Shown here: in pieces, positions 9,859 to 18,141 of the stretch | Layout: every line of letters starts with the position of its first letter | How positions within the stretch are numbered: position 1 is the first letter of the stretch | Assembly (NCBI GenBank): GCA_027067575.1 | Contig: JAMOVQ010000026.1 | Coordinates: forward strand, 1-59,146 | Origin: Thermoanaerobaculia bacterium | GTDB taxonomy: Bacteria; Acidobacteriota; Thermoanaerobaculia; Thermoanaerobaculales; Sulfomarinibacteraceae | Direction: 5' to 3' | DNA length: 59,146 nt | The notes under the pieces: model-generated | The model's database searches: none | Seen by the model: only the letters and a program-made list of their open reading frames with translations | Told to the model about the DNA's origin: nothing | Position numbers and translations under genes: made by a program

Positions 9859-11957
9859 ACCGCCTGGTCGAGGCGTGGCACCGCCACCGCCGCGAGAACC
9901 GGTTCCTTCTGGGCGTCTTCGTCTCGCTCCTGGTGCTCTCCACCGGAGCCTTCTTCCTCCTGCAGCGTGCCCAGGCGGCCTCACCGCGGGAGCTCGCCAA
10001 CAGGATCCTGCTGTTCGTCCTGTGGTACCTCGACCTGTCGCTCATCCTGATCCTCCTGTTCGTCCTCATCAGGAACCTCGTCCACCTGGCCATCGAGCGC
10101 CGTATGGGCGTGCTCGGGAGCCGGTTCCGGACCAAGCTCGTCCTGACGTACGTAGGTCTCTCCCTGCTCCCCGTCGTGTTCATCTTTCTCGTCGCCACGA
10201 ACCTGCTCCAGCGTTCCATCGACCGGTGGTTCTCGGCGCCGGTGGAGGAGGTCCTCCGGGGCGGGGCGGCGGTGGCGGAGCAGGTCCGCTCCCTCGTGGA
10301 ACAGCACCTCGAACGGCAGGCGGCCGCGGCCGCCGAGGAGCTCGCCGGCAACGGCGACCGGGAGCTCGACCAGCTCCAGTCGCTCCTCGGCGTCGATCTC
10401 CTGGCCGTCTACGACAGGGGCCGGCTCGTCCAGGCGGTGACCGACCCGCGCCGGATCCCCTCCTCGACGCCGCCCCTCGCGCCCTCGCTCCTCCGGGTCC
10501 CGGGCCACCGGGCCGACCGGTGGCGTGGCGGTCTGCTCGTCCGGGCGTGGCGGCCGATACCTGGCCGTCCCCGCCGGGTGGTCGTGGTGGGCGACATGCT
10601 CCCCCGCGACCTGCTCCAGCACCTCGAGCGGGCCACGGCGGCCCACGCGACGTTCCAGGAGATGCAGCTCGAGCGGGGGACCATCACCTGGACGACGATC
10701 CTCGTCTTCCTGGCCATCACCCTGCTCCTGCTGTTCGGCACCGTCTGGATCGGCCTGTACCTTTCGCGGCGGTTCACCGAGCCGCTTCTGGCCGTGGCCT
10801 CGGCGACCCAGCGCGTCGCCGAGGGGAACGAGCTCGAGGAGATCGCCGTGCCCGCGACGGACGAGGTCGCGGTGCTGGTCGACTCGTTCAACGCCATGGT
10901 CCGCCGGGTGCGGAGCACCGAGGCGGAGATCCTGGCGTCGAACCAGGAGCTGGCGACACTCCTCGCCACCGTGCCCACCGGCGTCCTGACGGTGGATCCC
11001 GCCGCTGGCCGGTTCCGGGCCAACCCGTCGGCGGCGCGGCTTCTCGGTCTGGAGGAGGGCGACCGGTGGACTCCGCTCGACACGCTGGCGGCGCCGGGCC
11101 TCGGGCCGCTCCGGACACTCCTGGAGGACCCCGACCGCCTCGCAGGCCGGCGGGAGATCGACCTTGAGACCGATGGGGCGCTCCGGCACGTCGAGGTCTC
11201 CGCCCGCCGCCTCCCCGGGGGTGGCTGGGTCGTGGCGGTGGACGACCTGACCCAGCTCGTCCGGGCCCAGCGCCAGGCGGCGTGGAGCGAGGTCGCCCGC
11301 CGGATCGCCCACGAGATCAAGAACCCGCTGACCCCGATCCGGCTCGCGGCGGAGCGGATCCTTCGCCAGACAACCGGCGTGGACGGAAAGGCCCGGACCG
11401 TCATCGAGACCGGGTGCGCGGCGATCATCGCCCACGTCTCGGGGTTGAAGGAGCTCGTGGACGCGTTCCACCAGTACGCCCGGATGCCCCAGGTCAACCC
11501 CAGGCCGACCCGGATCGACACCCTGCTCAGGGAGGTTGCGGCCCTGTACGTCGGCGTTCGGGACGGGCTTCAGATCGAACTCGCATGGGACGCGGGGGAA
11601 CGCACGGCGTTCGTGGACCCCGCGCTGCTGCGCCAGGCGCTGGTCAACCTGCTGGACAACGCCGTGGAGGCGATGGACGGTCCGGGAACCATCGTGCTCC
11701 GGGGCGAGGTGGCCGACGGCGACCTGACCATCGAGGTGCTGGACGAGGGCGTGGGTCTGCCCACCGAGGACACGGGGAAGCTGACACAGCCGTTCTTCTC
11801 CACCAAGGGGCGCGGGTCCGGGATGGGGCTGGCGCTCGTCCACCGGATCGTCAGCGACCACGGCGGCAGCCTGGAGCTGAGACCGCGGCCCGGCGGCGGG
11901 ACGGTGGCGCGGATCGTCCTGCCGGGCGTGGTGCCGCGGGGCGAGGGAGGAGTGTGA
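9855..11957 (+). CDS. ntrY: NtrY-like HAMP sensor histidine kinase
   Basis: Multiple N-terminal TMs, GSRFRTKLV, SIDRWF, HAMP (SFNAM), H-box AWSEVARRIAHEIKNPLTPIRL, NLLDNA, DEGVG, GSGMGL. Confidence 0.88.
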   Translation: MNRLVEAWHRHRRENRFLLGVFVSLLVLSTGAFFLLQRAQAASPRELANRILLFVLWYLDLSLILILLFVLIRNLVHLAIERRMGVLGSRFRTKLVLTYVGLSLLPVVFIFLVATNLLQRSIDRWFSAPVEEVLRGGAAVAEQVRSLVEQHLERQAAAAAEELAGNGDRELDQLQSLLGVDLLAVYDRGRLVQAVTDPRRIPSSTPPLAPSLLRVPGHRADRWRGGLLVRAWRPIPGRPRRVVVVGDMLPRDLLQHLERATAAHATFQEMQLERGTITWTTILVFLAITLLLLFGTVWIGLYLSRRFTEPLLAVASATQRVAEGNELEEIAVPATDEVAVLVDSFNAMVRRVRSTEAEILASNQELATLLATVPTGVLTVDPAAGRFRANPSAARLLGLEEGDRWTPLDTLAAPGLGPLRTLLEDPDRLAGRREIDLETDGALRHVEVSARRLPGGGWVVAVDDLTQLVRAQRQAAWSEVARRIAHEIKNPLTPIRLAAERILRQTTGVDGKARTVIETGCAAIIAHVSGLKELVDAFHQYARMPQVNPRPTRIDTLLREVAALYVGVRDGLQIELAWDAGERTAFVDPALLRQALVNLLDNAVEAMDGPGTIVLRGEVADGDLTIEVLDEGVGLPTEDTGKLTQPFFSTKGRGSGMGLALVHRIVSDHGGSLELRPRPGGGTVARIVLPGVVPRGEGGV

Positions 11958-13309
11958 TGCACCAGGGATCGATCCTCATCGTCGACGACGAGCCGGGGAT
12001 CCGGGAGTTGCTCGGCCAGATCCTTGGCGACGAGGGGTACGAGACGGCCGAGGCGGCTTCCGGCGAGGAGGCGCTCACTCTGCTCGAACGCGAGCTGTAC
12101 GACCTCGTGCTCCTCGATCTGTGGCTGCCGGGGATCGACGGGCTCGAGGTGCTCCGGCGGCTCCGGGAGGCCGGGTACCAGGTGCCCGTCATCGTCATCT
12201 CCGGGCACGCCTCGGGGGAGCAGGCGGTGGCCGCGGTCCGGGAGGGGGCCAGAGACTTCCTCGAGAAGCCGTTGAGCTACGACCGGGTTGTGCTCTCGGT
12301 GCGGAACGCCTTGGATCAGGCGCGGCTCGAGCGGCGGGTCGCCGAGGCGGCGGAGGGGCGGGTGGCCCTGACCGGTTCTTCGCCTGCCATCCGGGAGCTG
12401 CGCCGGCAGGTGATCACGGCGGGGGCCTCGGAGGGGCGCGTGCTCATCAGTGGTCCCAACGGCTCCGGGAAGGAGGTCGTCGCACGGATGCTCCACCGGC
12501 ACTCCGGGCGAGCCGGCGGACCGTTCGTCGCGGTCAACTGCGCGGCGATCCCCTCCGAGCTGATCGAGAGCGAGCTGTTCGGCCACCTGCGCGGTGCGTT
12601 CACCGGGGCCGTGGAGTCGAAGCGGGGCAAGTTCGAGCTCGCCGACGGCGGCACGCTGTTCCTCGACGAAATCGGCGACATGAGCCTGCTGACGCAGGCG
12701 AAGGTCCTCAGAGTGCTCCAGGAGCAGCGGTTCACCCGGCTCGGCGGGAGCCGTGAGATTACGGTGGACGTCCGGGTCATCGCCGCCACGAACAAGGATC
12801 TGGAGGCGGAGATCGAGGCCGGACGGTTCCGGCAGGACCTGTTCTTCCGGCTCAACGTCATCCCCGTGCGCGTCCCGGCGCTGGCCGAACGGCTGGAGGA
12901 CATCCCGGAGCTCGTGGAGGAGTTCGTGGCGGAGGTGGCCGGATCCACGGGGCTCCGGCCCAAGTTGTTCGCCCCGGACGCCCTGGACAGGCTCCGTGAG
13001 TACGGCTGGCCGGGCAACGTCCGGGAGCTTCGGAACGTGGTCGAGCGGGTGATGATCATGGTGCCGGGCGAGACGATCCACGCGGCGGACCTGGCGTTCC
13101 TTCCGGCGGATTCGGGCGTCGCCCCTCCCGCCGGCGAGGTTCCGCGGGATCTTCCGCTCCGGGAGGCGAGGGAGCGGTTCGAGCGGGAGTACATCCGGCA
13201 GGCCCTCGAACGGTGCGGCGGCAACGTCACCCGTGCCGCGGCCCGGCTGGGGGTCGAACGGAGCCACCTTCACCGGAAGTTGCGGCAGCTCGGACTGGCT
13301 CCGCGTTGA
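11957..13309 (+). CDS. ntrX: NtrX/NtrC-family sigma-54-dependent response regulator
   Basis: REC (VDDE, LLDLWLPG, EKP), GPNGSGKE, intact GAFTGA, LFLDEIG, WPGNVREL, Fis-type HTH. TGATG coupling to ntrY. Confidence 0.9.
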   Translation: MHQGSILIVDDEPGIRELLGQILGDEGYETAEAASGEEALTLLERELYDLVLLDLWLPGIDGLEVLRRLREAGYQVPVIVISGHASGEQAVAAVREGARDFLEKPLSYDRVVLSVRNALDQARLERRVAEAAEGRVALTGSSPAIRELRRQVITAGASEGRVLISGPNGSGKEVVARMLHRHSGRAGGPFVAVNCAAIPSELIESELFGHLRGAFTGAVESKRGKFELADGGTLFLDEIGDMSLLTQAKVLRVLQEQRFTRLGGSREITVDVRVIAATNKDLEAEIEAGRFRQDLFFRLNVIPVRVPALAERLEDIPELVEEFVAEVAGSTGLRPKLFAPDALDRLREYGWPGNVRELRNVVERVMIMVPGETIHAADLAFLPADSGVAPPAGEVPRDLPLREARERFEREYIRQALERCGGNVTRAAARLGVERSHLHRKLRQLGLAPR

Positions 13310-13335
13310 CCGGCATCGAGCCGGCTTGATACCAT
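13306..13335 (+). promoter_or_regulatory. Sigma-70-type promoter overlapping the ntrX stop codon
   Basis: TTGACC (13306-13311), 18 nt, TACCAT (13330-13335) with TG extension. Confidence 0.45.
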
Positions 13336-13344
13336 CGGGAGGTC

Positions 13345-15429
13345 ATGGCATACCCGGGGAATACGGAGCTGTCTCCCGAGGCCCAGGAACGCGTGCTCTC
13401 GACGTTCCGTGAGGTGATCCGGAACATCCAGGCGGGCCGGCGGGACGAGGCGAAGATCGGGCTGGAGTTCGTGCTCCGGCTCGATCCGGAGTTTGCACCA
13501 GCCGTGGGGCTCCAGCGCCAGATCGCCAGCGGCTCCGGCGAGCTCGACCTGGGCAGTGTCCTCGAGAGCCTCGCGGGCCCCGCCCCCGAGGAGCTGGAGT
13601 CGGAGCTCGTCCGGGCGGTGGAGCTCTTCTCGGAGCGGCACTTCCTCGAGGCCAAGGAGGTTGCGGAAGCGGTTCTCCGGGAGCTCCCGGGGCACCAGGA
13701 GGCCCGCCAGCTGCTCGGTCAGATCCAGGAGGCGCTCAAGCTCGAGGCCCAGGTCGCCGGGTTCCTCTCCCAGGCGCGGGAGGCGCTGGACCGGGGCGAG
13801 GGGCAGGAGGCGGCCAACTTCGTCACCATGGCCCAGGCGCTCGATCCGAACCACCCGGGGATCTCGCCGATGCTCGCCGAGCTCCAGGCCGTTGCGCCCC
13901 AGGCCGCCGCACCGGCTCCCGCCGAGGAGGAACCCGTGCCGGCGGCTGCGGAGGGCGAGTTCGATATCCGGTTCGAGACGATCGAGGACCCGGCCGCCCA
14001 TGCCGGCGGGGCAGAGCCGCGGGAGGGTGACGGGTTTCAGTTCGAGTTCGGCGGTGCCGCAGAGTTCGATTTCGGTGAGGCTGCCGGGGAGGCGGCTCCG
14101 TCCGAAGAGATCCCTTCCGGGGCGCCGGGTGAGGACGAGCTGTTTTCCTTCGCCGGGGAGGGTGGGGCCGATGCCGGAGAGTCTCCCCCGTCCGGGCCCG
14201 GTGCGGACGAGAAGGTGGCCGAGCTCCTGGGCCGTGGTCAGGAGGCTTTCGACGCCGGGGAGTTTCAGGAGGCGATCGACGTCTGGTCGCGGATCTACCT
14301 GATCGACCCGTCCAACGACACGGTCTCCGAGCGGATCGACACGGCCCGCGCCCGGCTCGAGGAGCGGTCTCGCGAGCTGGAGCTGCTCCTCCACGATGCA
14401 GCGGAGGCCGCGGAAGCGGGGCGGCCCGCCGAGGCGCTGGAGATCGTGGCGCAGGTGCTCGAGCGGGAGCCCGGCCACATTGAGGCGCTCGATCTCAAGA
14501 GACGGCTGGAGCAGGGCACGGGAGCGGCTGCCGAGACGGAGCCAGGCCAAGAGATCGCCATGCCGGAGATCGAGGACGACCTCTTCCGGGAGGAGCTGCC
14601 GTCCCAGATCCCCACGCCGGCCGAGCCGCTGGAGATCCCCGACCTCCCGGAGATGACAGCTCCGGTCCCTGCCCGGCGAAAGCGGTTCCCTTTCCGGCTG
14701 GTCGCCGTGATCGTCAGCGCGCTCCTCGTGGTGGCCCTTGGAGCCTGGTTCGGGACCCGGATGCTCTCCGGCCACGGCAAGGCGGAACAGGACTCCGAGG
14801 CGGCCGAGCGGGCGATTCGTCAGGCGGCCCGGCTGTACCGCCAGGGCCGGATCGAGGAGGCGATCCACATCCTTCAGGAGGCCCGCGCATCCTCGGTCGA
14901 CCAGCAGCGGATCGCGATGCTGATCCGGCGGTACCAGAAGGCGCTCCAGCCGCCGACACCGACGCCGGTCCCTGCAGTCCTCGGGGATGCGGAGGCCGCC
15001 GCGAGGGAAGGACGCTGGCTGACCGCCTACACGCTCGTGCTCGAGGGGCTCCAGACCCAGCCGAAGGACCCCGGTCTTCTCGAGCTGAAGGAGCAGATCG
15101 TCCAGCAGGAGCCGCTCGTCCAATCGTACGCCGCCGCGGCGGGTCGAGGCGACGCGTCCACCGCGCTCTCCATCGTGCGTCAGCTCGCCGAGCGGCACCC
15201 GGACGATCCCGCGGTGGTGAAGGAGCTCGACAGACAGCTGTTCAACGCCGCGGTGACCGAGCTCAGGCAGTACAACCTGACGGGAGCCAACGTGCTGCTG
15301 AAGGACCTGGCGGCGCGGCACCCCGACGACGAGGAGGTGGGGCGGATCCTGGAGTTCATTCAGAAGTACAGGAACCGGCCCGTGGACATGCGCCTCAAGA
15401 TCTTCATCTCGACCATCGAGCTGCGATGA
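13345..15429 (+). CDS. TPR-like repeat membrane protein (helical repeats, acidic linker, single TM)
   Basis: Repeated ...VLxLDP/EPGH.EA helical motifs, acidic Pro/Gly linker, TM LVAVIVSALLVVALGAWFG. RBS GGAGG. Confidence 0.75.
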   Translation: MAYPGNTELSPEAQERVLSTFREVIRNIQAGRRDEAKIGLEFVLRLDPEFAPAVGLQRQIASGSGELDLGSVLESLAGPAPEELESELVRAVELFSERHFLEAKEVAEAVLRELPGHQEARQLLGQIQEALKLEAQVAGFLSQAREALDRGEGQEAANFVTMAQALDPNHPGISPMLAELQAVAPQAAAPAPAEEEPVPAAAEGEFDIRFETIEDPAAHAGGAEPREGDGFQFEFGGAAEFDFGEAAGEAAPSEEIPSGAPGEDELFSFAGEGGADAGESPPSGPGADEKVAELLGRGQEAFDAGEFQEAIDVWSRIYLIDPSNDTVSERIDTARARLEERSRELELLLHDAAEAAEAGRPAEALEIVAQVLEREPGHIEALDLKRRLEQGTGAAAETEPGQEIAMPEIEDDLFREELPSQIPTPAEPLEIPDLPEMTAPVPARRKRFPFRLVAVIVSALLVVALGAWFGTRMLSGHGKAEQDSEAAERAIRQAARLYRQGRIEEAIHILQEARASSVDQQRIAMLIRRYQKALQPPTPTPVPAVLGDAEAAAREGRWLTAYTLVLEGLQTQPKDPGLLELKEQIVQQEPLVQSYAAAAGRGDASTALSIVRQLAERHPDDPAVVKELDRQLFNAAVTELRQYNLTGANVLLKDLAARHPDDEEVGRILEFIQKYRNRPVDMRLKIFISTIELR

Positions 15430-15923
15430 GCGACCCAGACCTTCGCGTGAGCGGCGAGAACGGGGGAACGGAGTCTCCGCTGGATCTCGCGTTCGAGGAG
15501 GAACCGGCGGTGTTCGACGACGCCGGAGAGGATGAGCCCGGAACCGAACGGGGCGTGGTCCCGGGGCCGCTCCTCGCCGCCGCCACCGCCTGGGCGGACC
15601 TCGTCCTCGTCCTGGCGGTCTGCGCAACGGCCGTGGCAGGGATCCGGCTTCTCGGCCTGCCGCTGTCCGGTTCGGTGCTGCCGTGGGCCTGTGGTCTCGG
15701 GGGGCTTGCATGGATCACCGTCTCGGCGATCCTCCTCCCGACCCGGAGGTCGTGGCCGGGGGCGCTCGTGCTCGGACTCGTGCTCCCGCCGGATGCCGGA
15801 AGGGACGGGGTGGTTCGCCGTCTGCTTCTCATCCTCCTGGCCATCGCGACGGTGGGACTCCTCTCCGCCCTGGCCTCCGGCCGCGACCCCTGGGCCGATC
15901 TCGTGCCCGAGAGATCGCTCTGA
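15426..15923 (+). CDS. Hypothetical membrane protein (RDD-like)
   Basis: ATGA overlap with the previous gene. Acidic N-terminus then ~3 hydrophobic helices (WADLVLVL...). Confidence 0.55.
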   Translation: MSDPDLRVSGENGGTESPLDLAFEEEPAVFDDAGEDEPGTERGVVPGPLLAAATAWADLVLVLAVCATAVAGIRLLGLPLSGSVLPWACGLGGLAWITVSAILLPTRRSWPGALVLGLVLPPDAGRDGVVRRLLLILLAIATVGLLSALASGRDPWADLVPERSL

Positions 15924-15962
15924 CGCCCGCCGCCGCAAGAGGCGGGGAGCGTGTCCCCCTGG

Positions 15963-16154
15963 CTACACCTTCCGGCGCTTGAACACCATCCCGATGTGAT
16001 CGGTCGCTCCGGTCTTGAAGTTGATCGCCGTGATGGAGACCAGCTCCCATCCCTCCTCGCCGAGCTCGTTGAGCTCCGCCTCGTAGATCGGGTCGAGCCG
16101 GTAGTTCTCGGAACGGATGTTGATGATCCTGTACTCCCAGCGCACCTGTGCCAT
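15963..16154 (-). CDS. DUF4177 domain small protein
   Basis: WEYRII...LNELGEEGWELVS...FKR signature. RBS GGGAGG. Confidence 0.85.
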   Translation of the reverse strand: MAQVRWEYRIINIRSENYRLDPIYEAELNELGEEGWELVSITAINFKTGATDHIGMVFKRRKV

Positions 16155-16207
16155 CCGTACCTCCCTCCCTCGCCTCGAACGGGCGTGGGCATTGTACCAT
16201 CGGGACG

Positions 16208-16987
16208 ATGCCACGGCCCCGCCTTTCCATCGTCGTCCCCGCGTTCGAGGAGACTGGACGGCTTCCCGGCCGGCTCGCGGCGTTCGGGGCGTACCTGGAA
16301 GGAAGCCCGTGGTGTCCCGTGGAGCTGCTCGTGGTGGACGACGGGTCCACGGACGGGACCGCGGAGGCGGCGGCCGCTGTGCCCGTGCCCGATGGGGTCG
16401 GGCTCCGGGTGCTTCGGCACGAACACAACCGTGGCAAGGGTGCGGCGGTCCGGACGGGGTTTTCCGCCAGCCGGGGCGAGCTCGTGCTGATGACCGACGC
16501 CGACCAGTCGACGCCTGTCGAGGAGCTCGCCGCCCTGGCCGCGCGGATGGCCCCGGGGGCGGTTCCCATCGCCTCCCGCGCCGCAGATCGGCACCGGATC
16601 GTCCGGCGCCAGCCGGTGTACCGCGACCTGATGGGGCGGACGTTCAACCTTCTCGTCCGGGCCGTCCTCCTTCCAGGGATCGGCGACACCCAGTGCGGGT
16701 TCAAGCTGTATCCCGGGAGGCTCGCCCGTGCGCTGGCTGCGGCGCAGCGGATCGAGGGGTTCGCCTTCGACGTGGAGCACCTCGTGCTCGCCCGGCGGTG
16801 GGGATGGCGGGTCGTGGAGGTCCCCGTTGCGTGGGCCCACGCCGAGGCATCGAGAGTCTCGCCGTTCCGGCACTCCCTCCAGATGCTCCGGGACGTCGTC
16901 AGCCTGGGCGTCCGGAGGGTGCCGCCTGCGCCGGTGGGCGGGGCGCCGGCCCCGCCGCCGCCCTGGCTTCCCGAGGTGCTGGCATGA
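16208..16987 (+). CDS. GT2 polyprenyl/dolichyl-phosphate glycosyltransferase
   Basis: SIVVPAFEE, VDDGSTDGT, NRGKGAAVR, TDAD, DTQCGFKL, FAFDVE. Confidence 0.9.
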   Translation: MPRPRLSIVVPAFEETGRLPGRLAAFGAYLEGSPWCPVELLVVDDGSTDGTAEAAAAVPVPDGVGLRVLRHEHNRGKGAAVRTGFSASRGELVLMTDADQSTPVEELAALAARMAPGAVPIASRAADRHRIVRRQPVYRDLMGRTFNLLVRAVLLPGIGDTQCGFKLYPGRLARALAAAQRIEGFAFDVEHLVLARRWGWRVVEVPVAWAHAEASRVSPFRHSLQMLRDVVSLGVRRVPPAPVGGAPAPPPPWLPEVLA

Positions 16988-17889
16988 CGGGGCCGGTGGA
17001 TCCCTGGCGGGTCGAGGCGTTCCTCGAGCAGCTCGAGTGGGAGCGCAACCTCTCGCCCCGGACCCAGGCGGCCTACCGGCGGGAGGTCCTCCGGTTCGCC
17101 GCGTTCGCCTCGGAGGAGCTGGGGAGGGCGTGCCCCCGGAGCATCGAGACGGCCGACATCCGGGCGTTCGTAGCCCACCTGCACTCGCTGCGGCTGGCGC
17201 CCCGGTCGATCCAGCGGGCGCTCGCCGCGCTTCGGACCTACTTCCGGTTCCTCACCGCAGAGGGAGTCGTGCCGGCCAACCCGGCCGCGGCCGTACCGAA
17301 CCCCCGGGTGCCAAGGACGCTCCCCGACACCGTCCCTCCCGCGGCGCTGGAGGCGCTGTTCGAGGCGTTTCCCGAAACCCCTGCGGGGCGGCGGGACCGG
17401 GCGATCCTCGAGCTGCTCTACGGGTCGGGGTTGCGGGTCTCCGAGCTGGTGGGGCTCGACCTCGCGGACGTGGACCGGGGACGCCGCCTCCTGCGGGTCC
17501 GCGGCAAGGGGCGCAAGGAACGGATCGTCCCGTACGGAGGCAAGGCGGAGGAGGCGCTGGCGGCGTACCTCCCGGAGCGGGCCGCCTGGCGGCAGGGTGG
17601 TGGCCGGGACGACGATCCGCTGTTCGTCAACCAGCGCGGAGGCCGGCTGACGGACCGGTCGGTCCGGCGGATCGTCGACGCTGCGGTCCGCAGGGTCGCC
17701 TCCCTCCACCGCCTCCACCCCCACTCGCTGCGCCACGCCTTCGCCACCCACCTCCTGGAGGCCGGGATGGACCTCCGCGCGATCCAGGAGTTGCTCGGCC
17801 ACGCCTCGCTGGCCACGACCCAGGTCTACACCAACGTGGACCTCGAGCACCTGATGGCAGTCTACCGCAGGAGCCATCCGAAGGCGTGA
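16984..17889 (+). CDS. xerC: Tyrosine recombinase XerC-like
   Basis: LYGSGLRVSEL, GKGRKER, HPHSLRHAFATHLL, QELLGH, TTQVYT, SHPKA terminus. Confidence 0.88.
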   Translation: MTGPVDPWRVEAFLEQLEWERNLSPRTQAAYRREVLRFAAFASEELGRACPRSIETADIRAFVAHLHSLRLAPRSIQRALAALRTYFRFLTAEGVVPANPAAAVPNPRVPRTLPDTVPPAALEALFEAFPETPAGRRDRAILELLYGSGLRVSELVGLDLADVDRGRRLLRVRGKGRKERIVPYGGKAEEALAAYLPERAAWRQGGGRDDDPLFVNQRGGRLTDRSVRRIVDAAVRRVASLHRLHPHSLRHAFATHLLEAGMDLRAIQELLGHASLATTQVYTNVDLEHLMAVYRRSHPKA

Positions 17890-18044
17890 CGGTCTCAGGA
17901 TGCCCGGACGTCCCGGGATCCATCCGGGGCCAGTCGTGCCCGGGTGTTCCTTGAACGGTTGTGCCGTGTTGGTACGGTGGGGCGCTGCCTGTTTCGTGAC
18001 GAACCGACGGGGCGGTCACTCCGCCGAAGGACCGGTGCTCCTTC

Positions 18045-18060
18045 GGGAACGGTTCTTGCT
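18045..18060 (+). promoter_or_regulatory. Possible sigma-54 promoter upstream of the giant surface protein gene
   Basis: GGGAACGGTTCTTGCT: GG-N10-GC with ACG and TTGCT. Deviates from consensus at two positions. Confidence 0.4.
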
Positions 18061-18141
18061 TCCCCGGAATTCTGGAATCACGTCCGACCGGTCCGTGCGG
18101 CACTCGAGAGGCTGCCGGATCGTCGGATGGAGGAGGATCGA

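Noticed and set aside
16984-18141. Tyrosine recombinase next to a repetitive surface gene (shufflon/phase-variation or integrase hypothesis)
   Set aside because: The protein has housekeeping XerC features and is coupled to a GT2 gene. No invertible segment, silent cassettes or att sites were seen.
17944-18141. Upstream extension of the giant ORF to 4082 aa, and the extended starts given for smpB, lpxC, ubiA, rfbB/D, ntrX and xerC
   Set aside because: RBS, -10 positions, signal peptide and family N-termini support the shorter starts reported.
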